Positions 11,701 to 25,091 of a stretch of 63,826 bases of DNA are shown here, one piece after another (position 1 is the first letter of the stretch; each line of letters starts with the position of its first letter). The stretch covers positions 1 to 63,826 of the forward strand of contig JYFJ02002056.1 of NCBI GenBank assembly GCA_000934665.2. The letters are read 5' to 3'. The translations under genes and the position numbers were made by a program. The stretch is from Catajapyx aquilonaris (taxonomy: Eukaryota). The notes below the pieces were generated by a model. The model searched no databases. It worked only from the letters and a program-made list of their open reading frames with translations, and was not told the origin of the DNA.

Positions 11701-14700
11701 GAGGAGTACGTCGACTTCCTTGGATTCCTCGAGGAGATACCCGAGAAGGTACTGCTTCCACGTGGTTGGTGGATTTATTATTATACTCGCTGCGCTCAGC
11801 AGTGGGGATGTTGACCTTGCTGACCTTTGCCCCATTTGCCCGCCTTCGGCGCTTGTCATTCCCACCCGAGCTTTATACAGTATACTGTATACTGGATTGT
11901 TGGGCATTGTTTTGACAGTTTTCTGTTTTCAAAGGCTGAGAACATGGAAGGAGTGGCGGAGTACCTGAGAGACCTGTACGACGTCATGGAGGAGTTCGAT
12001 GTGCCCGTGCCTCCGTCGGACCACGCTCTTTACGCGGTCAGTTTTTGTTCTCTCGGTGATTGGTCGGGTTTCCTAGGGGTTCCAGTGTAACATGTTTGGC
12101 ACACCCTCACAGACGTTGGGTCCCATGCTGTCCGAGGTACAACGCGGTATCGACGGAGCCCTGACCGACCGGGACACCACGCTTCAGCTCTTCGTCGTGC
12201 AGCTCCAGAAGGACGTGGCCATCCTGCAATCGGACGTGGACAACGTGAAGAAAGAGACGATGGTAAAGTCCTCTCCTTTGGTCCACGAACGTGTGGATTT
12301 TACTCTCTCCTTCTTCTGCAGAACGTGAGTCTTCTGGAACCAAAAACCGGAGTGGACGTCGCCTTAGGTCTGCTGAACGACCTGGACGTGAAGCTTCAGG
12401 ACTGCCAGGAGAGGACCACGAGATACCAGGCTTACCAGAGGAGATTCAAGGTAAACTGCATGCAATTGGTGTAGGAAACTGTACACCTGCTGTAATTCAT
12501 GTGTACTGATTCATGCACCGACATGGAGGTGGTGGTTCGTAATGAACAAATACCGTCTGCAGGTCAGTATTGTAGTCGGTACATGAATCGGTACATCGTG
12601 ATGGTACCATTTTCAAGCTAGTACATGTGAAGGACGAACTGTCTGCAAGTCAGTACTGTAGATAGTACCTTACGTTCTAGTCGGTACATCGTGATGTATC
12701 GTTAACAAGTCAGTACTGCACACGTTATTTCACGTTCAAGTCGGTACATCGTGATGACACCATTTTTCTGAAGGATGGACTGTCTACGAGTCAGTACTGT
12801 AAACTGTATTTGCTGGTCACAAAATGCGTCACCTTCAGAATAATCGGTACATGAATGATATTACAGTGTATACGACACATACCTTACTGTCAATCCCCAG
12901 ATAATGAAGATGAAGTTCGAGGAGCTGGACGACATCAGCAGCGCCTTGAAGCTCCGTCTCCTCCTGTGGGACTCCCTGGTCAACTTCGACGAGCTGCTGA
13001 CCAACGTGTACGAGGCGGACTTCAGCCAGCTGGACACGGAGTCGCTGGGGACCAGCATCAACAAGTACAACAAGGTGGTGCAGCAGCTGGAGAAGGGGCT
13101 GCCGTACAACGACGTCCTGCCCATACTCAAGGGAAAGGTGGAAGACATGAAGATAAAGGTCGGTCTGATCTCCTTTAATAGCTCTCTGAGCCTGAGGAAT
13201 AACCTATGTGCCTCCCCCAACAGCTGCCTACGATAGTGAACCTGCGCAACCCATCGATGAAGGCCCGCCACTGGGGCACTGTGGACGTTATAATAGGCAC
13301 ACCCCTCCAGACGGAGGAGCCCATGACCCTGACCTACCTGACCCAGGCGGAGGTCTTCACCCACGCGGATGAGCTGCAGGAGGTGTCCGCACAGGCCAGC
13401 GCGGAGTACAGCCTGGAGATGCTGCTCAAGAAGGTGTCCGACGCCTGGAAGGACGTGGAGTTCACCACCGTCTGCCACAAGGACCAGAAGGACGTGTTCA
13501 TCCTCGGGGGGACCGAGGAGATACAGATGCTCCTGGACGAGAGCGTCATCAACATCAACACCATCCTCAGCTCAAGGCACGTCGGGCCCATCAAGTCCAA
13601 AGTGGACGAGTGGGCCACGCAGCTGGACCTATTCAGCAAGACACTGGTCCGTCTCTCGCAATGCGGTTGTCATTCGAAAGGGATCGTATAATATTGTCCC
13701 CGGTTCCATTGCAGGAGGAGTGGATGAACTGCCAGAGGAACTGGCTGTACCTGGAGTCCATCTTCATCGCTCCGGACATCCAGAGGCAGCTTCCGGCTGA
13801 GGCCAAGATGTTCAACACAGTGGACAAGAGCTGGAAGGACATTATGAGGAGGACGCAGAAGGCAAGTTTTGTTATGGCGGGTTCAGACCACCGCCGATCG
13901 TACATTTCACGTACTCTTTCCAGCTCCCGCATGCTTTCCACACCTGCACCCAGTCGGGCTTGCTCGAGACGTTCCAGACCGGCAACGGTATGCTGGACCA
14001 GATAATGAAGTGCCTGGAGGAGTACCTGGAGTCCAAGCGGGTCATATTCCCCCGCTTCTACTTCCTCTCCAACGACGAGCTCCTGGAGATCCTGGCCCAG
14101 ACCCGCAACCCACTGGCCGTCCAGCCCCACCTCCGGAAGTGCTTCGACGCCATCCTCAGGCTGGACTTCTCCACGAAAGCGGCAGGCGGAGGAGTACCGG
14201 GGACCAAAGTGACCAACGACATCCTGGCCATGGTGTCGCCTGAAGGGGAGAGAGTCACGCTGACCAAGGTGCGGCAGGAATGAGAATGAGTTGAAAGCGT
14301 GTAACCATTTTTGTGGATATTCCGCAGGGATTGAAGGCACGAGGGAACGTGGAGGACTGGCTCGGAAGGGTCGAGGAGGCCATGTTCGTGTCGTTGAAGC
14401 AGCAGATGAAGGCGTCCATAACGGACTTCAAGCAGCGGAAGCGGGAGGTTTGGATGCTGCGGCATCCGGCGCAGATCGTGCTTGCCGTCTCGCAGATGAT
14501 GTGGTGCAGGGAGGTCCAGGTGGTTCTGGACGGACCGTACGAGGAAGGGGAGAACCTTAGGAACTTTGAGGTCAAATGTTTCGATGTGAGTCGCATCGTT
14601 GCCTTCGTCGCTTTCGTTGTTTCTAACTTTCCGATTTGTACCGGCAGGATCTGAACAAGCTGGCCGCATTGGTGCGAGGGGAGCTTCCGAATCTGCATCG

Positions 14701-17700
14701 TGCCACCCTCTGCGCCGTCATCACAGTGGACGTCCACGCCCGGGACATAATCACCGGGATGGTCTCGATGGGGATAAGCTCCAGCAGCCAGTTCGAGTGG
14801 CTCAAGCAGCTGCGGTACTACTGGGACGAGGAGGTGGACACATGCATTGCGAAGATGGCCAACTCGGAGTACAAGTACGGTTACGAATACTTAGGCGCGT
14901 CGCCTCGGCTGGTCATAACCCCGCTGACTGACCGCTGCTACCTCTGCCTGATGGGTGCACTTCAGCTGGATCTCGGTGAGAATGTTTCTGCCAACTGTTG
15001 TTTTTAAAGGATGTAACGACGGAATTATTTCCTGCAGGCGGAGCTCCGGCGGGTCCGGCCGGAACAGGAAAGACGGAGACCACGAAGGATCTGGCGAAGT
15101 CCCTGGCCTTCCAGTGCATCGTGTTCAACTGTTCGGACACTCTGGACTACAAGGTGCGTGTGCCCGCGGGGAATTTCGAGAGCCATTTATATACGGGAGC
15201 TTTTATCCCGCAGATGATGGGCCGGTTCTTCTCCGGCCTGGCACAGTCCGGCGCATGGTGCTGCTTCGACGAGTTCAACCGAATCGACATCGAGGTGTTG
15301 TCCGTTATTGCTCAGCAGCTGATCACCATAAGGAACGCCAAGCTTCAGAAGCTGGTGAAGTAAGTGCCGACGCGACGTCGTTCGCAGAGTTTCCGACACT
15401 ACATTTTTCCACGAACTTTTCAGCTTCGTGTTTGAAGGACGCGAGATCAAGCTGAACCGCACTTGCGCCGCTTACATCACGATGAACCCTGGGTACGCCG
15501 GGAGGACGGAGCTTCCTGACAATCTGAAAGCGCTGTTCAGGCCCATTTCCATGATGGTACCTGATTACGGTGAGTCGTCAGCCGAACCTCTAAGCCTTTT
15601 CTGGTATTTAAAACACTTCCGTTTTTAATCCACAGCCTTGATTGCGGAAGTTATCCTGTACTCGGAAGGGTTCGAGTCGTCCAAGCCGCTTGCGAAGAAG
15701 ATGGTTCAAATGTACAAGCTCTGCAGCGAGCAGCTCTCTCAGCAAGACCACTACGATTTCGGCATGAGGTTCGGCTTCTTGTTTTAAAAAAATTAACTGA
15801 AGGTTCACGGGTTGATACTTCATCTTTCCGGTTTCAGAGCTGTGAAGTCCGTCCTGGTTATGGCGGGATCGCTGAAGCGAGAGAATCCGGACAAGAGCGA
15901 AGACGTGGTTCTGATCCGAGCCCTTCGAGACAGCAACCTGCCCAAGTTTTTAGCGCAAGACGCCAACCTTTTCCAAGGCATCCTTCGGGATCTGTTCCCC
16001 GGGGTGACAATCCCAGAGCAGGACTACGGACGGCTGCAGGAAGCAATAGAGCGGGTTATACGTGAGAGGAGCTTTCAAGTAAGGTTTTCCGCTTGAATGC
16101 GGAAGAATTGCTGTTGTAAACAATATCTCTTTGTTTTGTAGGTGCATCAGAGCCAAGTGAAGAAGGTGATTCAGCTGTACGAGACTATGATCGTGCGTCA
16201 TGGAGTCATGCTGGTTGGTCCCACTGGCGGCGGGAAGACGACGGTGTACCGGGCGTTGAAGGACGCTCTGACTCTGCTGCATGCGGAAGGAGTTCAGGAC
16301 CAGTACTACAAGCCTGTCGAAGTGTACGTGGTCAACCCGAAGGCAGTGTCGATGGGCGAGCTGTACGGAGAGGTTAATCCGCTGACCCTGGAGTGGCGGG
16401 ATGGCCTCCTAGGATACATGGTGCGCCTGGCGGTCGGCCCAGAGAAGACGTTCCACCAGTGGGTGATATGCGATGGGCCGGTGGACGCCGTTTGGATCGA
16501 GAACATGAACACAGTGCTGGACGACAATAAGATGCTGTGTTTGGCCAACTCGGAGAGGATCAAGCTGACCAACTGGGTGCACATGGTCTTCGAGGTGCAG
16601 GACCTGGCGCAGGCCTCGCCAGCCACTGTCAGCCGCTGCGGGATGGTGTACATAGACCCGAGCGAACTGGGCTGGGAGCCGTACGTGACCACCTTCCTGC
16701 TGTCCCTGCCAGAGGACATCATAACGGTGGAGATGAGGGACTACCTGATGGTCCTGTTCCACAAGTACCTGCAGCCTGGACTGACGTTCGTGGGGAAGCG
16801 ATGCGACCAGACCATGGCGCAGGTCAACTTCGCAAAGATCAGCATGCTCTGCAGCCTTATCAAGGCGCTTCTGGCCGGAAATGATCCGGTGGACTTCAAC
16901 GTGGAGAAGTCCCGATTGAACCAGATCCTCTGCCAGACCTTCGCCTTCTGCTACGCCTGGTCCATCGGAGGCAACCTGATGGACACCAGCTTCGCGAAGC
17001 TAGAGGAGTTCATCAGGTCTCAGTTCGAGGAGGACAAAGACGCTAAGTATGCAAAGAGTTTGCAGATCGGTCTTCTTCGCTCTCTTAAAATTATTATCGC
17101 GGTGCACATAGAAACTGATCATATCCTTTACGTTTACACTAAACAGCCTTAATAGCAAACTTTGAATTTGATTTTCAGGTTAACGACTACCGGAGACCTG
17201 TGGAGCTTTTACAACAACTACGACCTGAAGAAATCCGAGATGTGGGAGAAGCTCATCCCGATTTTCAAGTATGATCGGGAGCTGCCCTACTTCGACGTGC
17301 TGGTGCCCACCAAGGACACGGTTCGTTTCGGACGCCTCATGGAGCTTCTGTTGTCCGTCAACAGGTCCGTCCTCTTCACCGGAACCACAGGTAAATACCC
17401 ACTGATTCCAGTTAGGGTACCAACATGTTTGACCATTTTTGTTAAAAAAAATCCAGGCGTGGGAAAGTCAGCCATAGCGCGCGAAGTTCTCATGCGGATC
17501 AGCGACAAGGCGAACTACATCCCGGTGTTCATCAACTTCTCGGCGCAGACCAACAGCAAGCGGACGCAGGAAATGCTCGAGTCCAAGATGGAGAAGAGGC
17601 GGAAGAACCACCTGACGCCACCGCCTGGAAAGCAGGTCATCATCTTCATAGACGACCTGAACATGCCGAAGCTGGACACTTACGGGTCACAGCCGCCCAT

Positions 17701-20700
17701 CGAACTGCTCAGGTTGGACCATCCCGCAGATTTTGAGTCGCATAATAACCGGTGAAAATGTCGTTGCTCCTTTTTTTCCAGGCAACTTCAGGACTTTGGC
17801 GGATTCTACGACCGAGAGTCCATATTCTGGAAGGACATAACCGGGCTGACCTTGTGCGCCGCTTGTGCCCCTCCAGGCGGTGGCCGCAACCCAGTGACGG
17901 CCAGGCTTCTCCGGCACTTCTGCATGCTGTCCATTCCGTCTCCGAGCACAGGCGCCTTGAAGCACATCTTCAAGGCTATCCTCACTGGATTCCTGGATCC
18001 GTTTGAGGAGGAGGTGAAGACTTCGGTGGAAAGTGTCGTCAACTCCGCAATCGAGATGTACCAGTTCATGGCCATGGGGTTCCTGCCGACTCCGGCCAAG
18101 TCGCACTACGTGTTCAACCTGCGGGATCTGTCCAAGTGCATCCAGGGCGTGCTGCAGGCGGACAGCGAGATGCTGGTCACCAAGGGGCAGCTGCAGAAGT
18201 GCGTGTCGTGGCCAATTTACCATCAGATTTTTTGTTCAAAACGCGTTTCCTTATTCACAGGCTCTTTTCCCACGAGTGCCAGCGTGTCTTCGGGGATCGT
18301 CTGGTGAACCACGAGGATTCGAACTTGTTCATGAAGACCATGTGCGAGGTCGTCGGCAAGCACTTCGCCTCGAGGATGGACTATGAGGCGCTGATTGTCC
18401 ACCCGATCCTCTTCGGAGACTTCATGAAGATGGGGGTCGACCGGGAGGCCCGCATCTACGATGAGATCGAGGACTTGGACCGACTGAAGTCTGTGTTGCA
18501 GGACTACCTGGACGAGTACAACATGAGCACGTCCAAGGAGACGCATCTGGTGTTCTTCATGGACGCGATGGTCCACCTGACTCGAGTGGCCCGCATCCTG
18601 AGGGCCGAACGAGGGAACGCTTTGCTCGTTGGAGTCGGAGGAACTGGGAAGCAGAGCCTTACGAAGCTGGCGTCGTACATATCGGGATTTAAGTACGTGC
18701 GGAAATGCTCGGCAGTGGACAGTCCTGCTGTAAATGTTGCGTTTTCAGGTGCTTCCAGATCGAGCTGTGCCGAGGGTACGACTACAACTCTTTCCACGAC
18801 GATCTGCGCCGGCTGTTCGACATAGCCGGTGTGAAGAACCAGCCGACTTCCTTCCTGTTCGTGGACACCCAGATCGTGCAGGAGGAGTTCCTGGAGGACG
18901 TCAACAACATACTGAACTCGGGGGAGGTGCCCAACCTGTACGAGCCCGAAGACTACGAAAAGGTGATCATCGGGGTGCGTTCGGCGGCGAAGCAAATCGG
19001 CATACCGGAAGGCGACAGGGACGGAATCTACGACTTCTTCGTCCGTCGGGTCAGGACCAACCTTCACATCGTGCTGTGCATGAGCCCAGTCGGAGATGCT
19101 TTCCGGAACCGCTGCCGGATGTTCCCGTCTCTGGTCAACTGCTGTACGATCGACTGGTTCACCGAGTGGCCCACTGAAGCCCTTTTGTCGGTGGCCGAGA
19201 CGATGCTTGAAGGGGTCGACCTGGGGAGTGTTAACGCGGAGATTCTCGCACGTGCTTGCGTCGTTGTCCATGAGGTAGGTCCGCCGCTATTTGAAAGTGG
19301 ACAAACATACATACCAACAAATTTTACCTGTTATTCTATACGCGCGATTCTTTTCCCCCATATAGAGCGTGATTGAAATGTCGGACCGCTTCTACAACGA
19401 GCTCCGCCGCCACTTCTACACCACTCCGAGCACCTACCTGGAGCTGATCCAGCTCTACAAGGCCATGATGGACGAGTCTCGAGTGAAGATAATGAGCCAG
19501 AAGTCCAAGGTGAAGAACGGGCTGATGAAGCTGCTGGAGACGAACGTCCTGGTGGCCAAGATGAAGATAGAGCTGACCGCCCTGGAGCCGGAGCTGAAGG
19601 AGCGGTCGGAGTACGTGAACGTGCTGATGGTGAAGCTGGGGAAGGACCAGGAGGTGGCGGACGCGGAGAGGCAGAAGGTGAGGGAGGACGAGGCCGTGGC
19701 CAAGCTCAAGGCGATGGAGACGCAGGCCATTGCGGACGACGCCCAGAGAGATTTGGACGAAGCATTGCCGGCCCTGGACGCTGCGGTGAAGGCGCTGAAC
19801 TCGCTGGATAAGCAGGACATTGCGGAGATACGAGTGTTCAACCAGCCGCCGCCAATGGTGCAGACCGTGATGGAAGCCGTTTGCATGGTGTTGGGCCAAA
19901 AGTAAGTGCGTGGCAAACGCAATAAGCGGACGACTTACTAATGCGTGATTTCTGTACAGGACCGATTGGGCGTCGGCTCGTCAGCTGCTGGGCGACCCGA
20001 ACTTCATGAGGAGGCTGTACGACTACGACAAGGACAACATACCCGCAGCGATGTTGAAGAAGATCAAGAAATACACGGACAATCCGAAGTTCGTGCCAGA
20101 CGAGGTGCAGAAGGTGTCGAAGGCCTGCAAGTCCATGTGCATGTGGGTGACTGCGATGGAGCTGTACGCGAAGGCCTTCCAGACAGTGGAGCCCAAACGG
20201 CTCAAGTGAGTACATGGTGGTGGGGGGTTTGCGTTTCTCCCATGACCCCAAGAGCTATGCCTCCCGTAGCTTCGTCTACTGGTAGGGCCTCCCAAGCCGG
20301 ACAGGTCTTTGAGATAGGAGACAGACTAAGAGAGATGCCAGTCTTTCCTCTCTTCTTTTTTCTCTTCGTTTTTCACTCCATCTGTCCCACCTTTGCTTCT
20401 TCTTATAGCCAGATAGCCACAGTTGCTTTGGCTTCTTCTCAATAAACGTAAACTAATTAATTTGAGAGTTAATGCGTCTTTTATTTCAGATTGGCGGGGG
20501 CGGAGGAAGGCCTGATGAAGGTGATGGCCATGCTGAAAGAGAAGCAGGAACGACTGGCCAAGATCGAAGCGGAGATAGCTGCCTTGGAGAAGATGTTCGA
20601 TGACTCGGTTAAGGAGAGGCAGGACCTTGAGAACAACATGAAGCGCACGTCCGACCGCCTCGCCCGTGCTGCCAAGCTGACGACCGCACTTGCCGACGAG

Positions 20701-23700
20701 CAGGTCCGTTGGGCGGCAAGCATCGAGCTGTACGACGCCCAGATTGGGGAGATACCCGGAAACGCGTTTGTGGCGGCCGCATGCGTCGCGTACTACGGAG
20801 CCTTCTCCAGCAACTACAGGCAGGAGCTGGTCAAAACCTGGCTGGAAAGCTGCAAGGACATCGGCATACCCGTGTCAGGGGACCTGACATTGGCCGGGTT
20901 TCTGGCGGATCCGTTCGAGATCAGGCAGTGGAATTCGTTCGGGCTGCCTCGAGACGCTGTGTCGACGGACAATGCGATCCTGGTCAAACGAGGGAGACGC
21001 TGGCCGCTGATGATCGACCCGCAGGACCAGGCGAATCGGTGGATACGGCAGATGGAAGCCGAGAGCGGACTGAAGGTTATTAAGATGACGGATCAGGGTT
21101 TCCTCCGCACCGTTGAGAACTCCATCCGGCTGGGCTTCCCGGTGCTGATGGAGGAAGTGGGCGAGACACTGGAGCCGTCGCTTGAGCCCGTGCTGCTGAG
21201 GCAGACGTACGTTAACGGCGGACGGCTCATGATAAAGCTAGGCGACAACGAGGTGGACTACGACGCCAACTTCAGATTCTACATGACCACAAAGATGGCT
21301 AATCCTCACTACCTGCCAGAGGTTTGCATCAAGGTGACAATCATCAACTTCACGGTTACGCGCACCGGGTTGGAGGACCAGCTGCTGAGCGACGTTGTTC
21401 GGCTGGAGCGGCCGGATCTCGAGAAGCTGCGGAACAAGCTGATCGTCCAGATCAACACGGATAAGAACCAGCTGACGGCCATTGAAGACAAGATTCTTCG
21501 CCTGCTGTTCGCATCCGAGGGGAACATTCTGGACGACGAGGAGCTGATTGAGACGCTGAACGACAGCAAGGTTACGTCGGCGGCTATCACGAAGCGACTA
21601 GCCGAAGCGGAGACGACCGAACGGGACATCACGGATGCCAGGGAGGGCTACCGTGACGTGGCCGCCCGTGGGTCGGTCCTTTACTTCGTGGTGGCCGTCC
21701 TCTCGGAGATCGATCCCATGTACCAGTACTCCCTGAAGTACTTCAACCAGCTGTTCTGCCAGTGCATCCAGACCAGCAAGAAGTCACCGAACCTGAGGGA
21801 GAGGCTGTCCATCTTGCTGAGCCAGACGACCCTCGCCACGTACACCAACGTGGCTCGAGGACTGTTTGAGAAGGACAAGCTGGCGTTCAGCTTCATGCTG
21901 TGCATCGAGATAATGAAGCAGGACAGGGCCGTGTTGGATAACGAGTGGAACTTGTTCTTGCGGGGGGTTCCGCTCGAGGTTTGTCGTTGATTCGAACTGT
22001 CATAGCAAACATTGTTGACTTGTCCTAGATGAAACTCGGATGAACCTGGCCATTAGTCGGCATGTTGTTAATTATTGACATTTTTGCTTTTCTGACAACA
22101 GGGTGAGGAGCAGAAGTCTCCAGTTCCGTGGGTCAACGACGCCGTTTTTAACGTCGTAGTGGCTCTGGAGCAGACGAACCATCACTTCGCCGGCCTGACA
22201 GAAGCAGTGGCGAAGAAGGAGGTGCTGGTGACCATCGGAGACGTGTCGATCGACCTTTGCTTCGACTCCGAGGCCAAAGCGAATGGCAAGAAGCCGGTGT
22301 ACCAGAAGCAGAAGACGACGACTTCACCGTCGAAAAAAGCGGTGGAGCAAAAGCCAGATCCGGATGCGAAGGACGTGAACGACAGACTCACCTCGTTTCA
22401 TAAGCTGATGCTGGTTAAGATTATGAAGGAAGAGTGGGTAAGGTTATGTTTTGCAATAGTTTTAACGCTTTTATCCTGTGAGAGCTATGCCGGCAGTAGC
22501 TTCGTCTACTCAAGTCGGACAGGTCTTTGGGATATATAGGTCTTTCCTCTCATCTTTTTTTTTTCCTCTTCGTTTCTCTCTCCATCTGTCCCACCTTTGC
22601 GTCTTCTTATAGCCACATAGCCCTAGCTGCTTTGGCTTCTTCCTAATAAACCTAAACGTTCTCGGCAGCTGATCTTCTCCATAACGGAGTTTGTGAAGAC
22701 CAACCTGGGCGAGGCGTTCGTCGTGAGCCCTTCGATCGACCTCCACACAGTCTGCAAGGAGCTGAACAAGAGCACTCCTCTCATATTCGTACTGAGCGCC
22801 GGAAGCGATCCGATGGGGGCCTTCCAGCGATACGCGGAGGATGTCAACTTCGCCCACCGCCTGGGCTCCATCTCGCTCGGACAGGGTCAGGGTCCGGTGG
22901 CCGAGCGCATGATCCTTGAGGCCTACCAGCGCGGGGACTGGATTTTCCTGCAGAACTGCCACCTTGCCTCTTCCTGGATGCTGCGTCTGGAGCAGATGGT
23001 GAAGCAGCTGGAGGAAGGCGAGGGGGAGAAGAACACCAAGAGCTTCCGGCTGTTCCTGTCGTCAATGCCATCGTCTCGGTTTCCGGTGAGCGTGCTGCAG
23101 AACTCGGTGAAGGTGACAAACGAGCCGCCAAGAGGGCTGCGGGCCAACATACGTCGTGCCCTGGTGGACGTTAAGAAGGACTTCTACGAGGATCCGACAC
23201 GCGGTCCGGATTGGACCCGGGTCCTGTTCGGGATATGCTTCTTCCATGCCGTCATTCTCGAGCGGAAGAAGTTCGGTCCCCTAGGTTGGAACATAAAGTA
23301 TGAGTTCAGCGACAGCGATAGGGAGTGCGCCTTCTTGAATCTCGGTATGTTCTGCGGTGGAGGTGAAGAGGAGAACGATATGGGTGAGATGGTGGCAAAG
23401 CCTCTCGGGGACATACCGTGGGATGCCCTCGAGTACATAACGGGATCCATCACCTACGGAGGGAGGATCACGGACAACTGGGACCAGCGGACGTTGACTA
23501 CCATACTGCGGATATTCTTCTCCCCGCCGACTCTCGCAACCGGATACACCTACTCGCCATCGGGCTTGTACTACGCTCCTCATGACGCCATAACGGTGCA
23601 GCAGGTCTTGGACTATGTGGCCGCCCTTCCGATAATCGACGACCCCGAGATATTCGGTATGCACGATAACGCCAACATAGCGTTCCAGATACAGGAGAAC

Positions 23701-24834
23701 GTGGCCATACTTGGTACGCTTGTGAGCGTGCAGCCTCGTACAAGCGTCGGCGAAGGCGGAAAGACAAGCGATGAGGTGAGGTTCTTTGTAAACGTAAGCT
23801 ATATATACAATGTGACCTATAATAATTCGTAACGACTTACAGGTTGTGGGAGACATGGCCGAGGCGATGGAAGCCCGAGTTCCCCGCCTGATTTCCCTGG
23901 ACGAGGCCGTCCCAGGGATGTTCGATCAGGATAGCGAAGGGAGGATGAATTCCCTGGCCGTGTTCATATCGCAGGAGGTGGACCGGTTCAATCGTCTGCT
24001 GCGTGTGCTTCACTCCGGACTTTCAAACCTGCAGAAGGCCATCAAGGGTCTGGTGGTGATGTCCGAGGAACTGGAGATGACGTACAACGCACTGTTTCTG
24101 AACCGGATCCCGCAGTCGTGGTCCAAAGCAGCATACCCTTCACTAAAGACCCTCGCCAGCTGGATGAAAGACATGGTGCTACGGGTTGACTTCGTGCGAA
24201 GATGGATCACCTACGGGCTGCCCAAGTCCTACTGGATATCCGGCTTGTACTTTCCGCAGGGATTTCTGACAGCCGCCTTGCAGTTGTGCGCTCGTCAGTA
24301 CAGCTATCCCATCGATAGGCTTGGGTTCAAGTTCATCATGCGTCCGTTGTTCCGGGATCAGGAAGAGGTAACTTCGCTGTATACAAAATAATCCATTATA
24401 CGTTTTGTCACCATGATATTATTTTGCAGGTTAACAGGGTGGCTCTGCTGGCCGAGGAAGAAGAAAAGGAGACCTTGGAGGAGGACGAGCCGGGACTGGA
24501 GGCGCCAGGGGACGGAGTGCTGATTCACGGTTTGTTCCTGGAAGCAGCTCGGTGGGACATGGAGAAGATGAAGTTGGGCGACTCGCTTCCAGGCGAGATG
24601 AATCCGCCTTTGCCCGTGATGCATCTGGAGCCTCAGATGGACTGGGTCGGAGGCGTGTCTGAGACCGAAATGACGTACAAGTGTCCTCTGTACAAGACCT
24701 CGGCCAGGGCGGGTGTCCTGTCCACCACGGGTCACTCGACCAACTTTGTGATTGCGGTCCAGCTGCCGAGCGACAGGGAGGAGGACTACTGGATACTGAA
24801 GGGAACGGCATTGTTCACGCAGCTGACGGACTGA
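8794..24834 (+). CDS. DNAH6: Axonemal dynein heavy chain, inner-arm DNAH6/Dhc16F type, ~40 exons, ~4,100 aa
   Basis: AAA1 [64 protein letters not shown] (DNAH6-type wording), AAA2 [11 protein letters not shown]3 GTTGVGKS, AAA4 GVGGTGKQS, stalk/MTBD, AAA5 [13 protein letters not shown]6, C-terminal [23 protein letters not shown]. Frames connect across splice sites at the junctions checked; start ATG at 8794 is inferred. Confidence 0.93.
10851..11080. repeat. Three SINE-body fragments in a dynein intron; two form a fold-back
   Basis: 10851-10926 is an imperfect reverse complement of 10937-11011; third partial copy at 11024-11080; all resemble 54018-54095 (TTTGTGA..AGTCTG..GA..CCACCCGAGACGAAGCC.GAG.TGACCC). 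Confidence 0.75.
12470..12880. repeat. Intronic insert with internal tandem subrepeats and inverted ends
   Basis: TCGGTACATCGTGAT near 12588, 12681 and 12741; GTCAGTACTG recurring; TTCATGCACCGA near 12510 is inverted relative to TCGGTACATGAA near 12577 and 12844; expands the intron to 450 nt. Confidence 0.65.
13862..13923 (+). other. GC-AG intron in the dynein gene
   Basis: CAGAAG|GCAAGT ... TTTCCAG|CTCCCG joins ..MRRTQK to [14 protein letters not shown] in frame; 62 nt. Confidence 0.8.
20216..20453 (+). mobile_element. Short non-autonomous retroposon with RTE-like 5' domain (intronic copy 1)
   Basis: GGTGGTGGGGGGTTTGCG..CCATGACCCCAAGAGCTATGCC..TGGTAGGGCCTCCCAAGCCGGACAGGTC..CAGACTAAGAG recalls the conserved 5' UTR of RTE-clade LINEs (recognition from memory), then a pyrimidine-rich body ending AATAAACGTAAAC. 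Confidence 0.6.
22481..22657 (+). mobile_element. Second, shorter copy of the same retroposon (intronic copy 2)
   Basis: AGAGCTATGC..GTAGCTTCGTCTACT..GGACAGGTCTTTG..TCCATCTGTCCCACCTTTGC..TCTTATAGCCA.ATAGCC..GCTTTGGCTTCTT..AATAAAC.TAAAC shared with 20251-20453. Confidence 0.75.
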
Positions 24835-25091
24835 TTCCTCAGGACTTATTAATGTCCCAACGAAAGAGCATAATACACGTTTTATTTGTCTAGTCGATTG
24901 ATTAATTACGCTGTGTTTGTCGCCATTGTTTGGCCAACTGGAATAGTTTTGAGGATTTTTCATTTTCTCGATCAGGTTATAGGTCAATTTGTTGTTGGAA
25001 TCTGAATCCAAACGTATCCACGACTACCGACCAGTTTTGTTTAAACAATCAGCCTAATTTTAAGGAACGTTTTGATCCCTGCTAGTTTGTG

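Noticed and set aside
8794..24834. Apparent frameshifts/fragmentation of dynein in the ORF track
   Set aside because: Breaks coincide with short GT-AG (one GC-AG) introns; not a pseudogene.
11084..25011. Many long minus-strand and alternative-frame ORFs (up to 255 aa) over the dynein gene
   Set aside because: Shadows of GC-rich codon usage; no independent motifs or splice structure.
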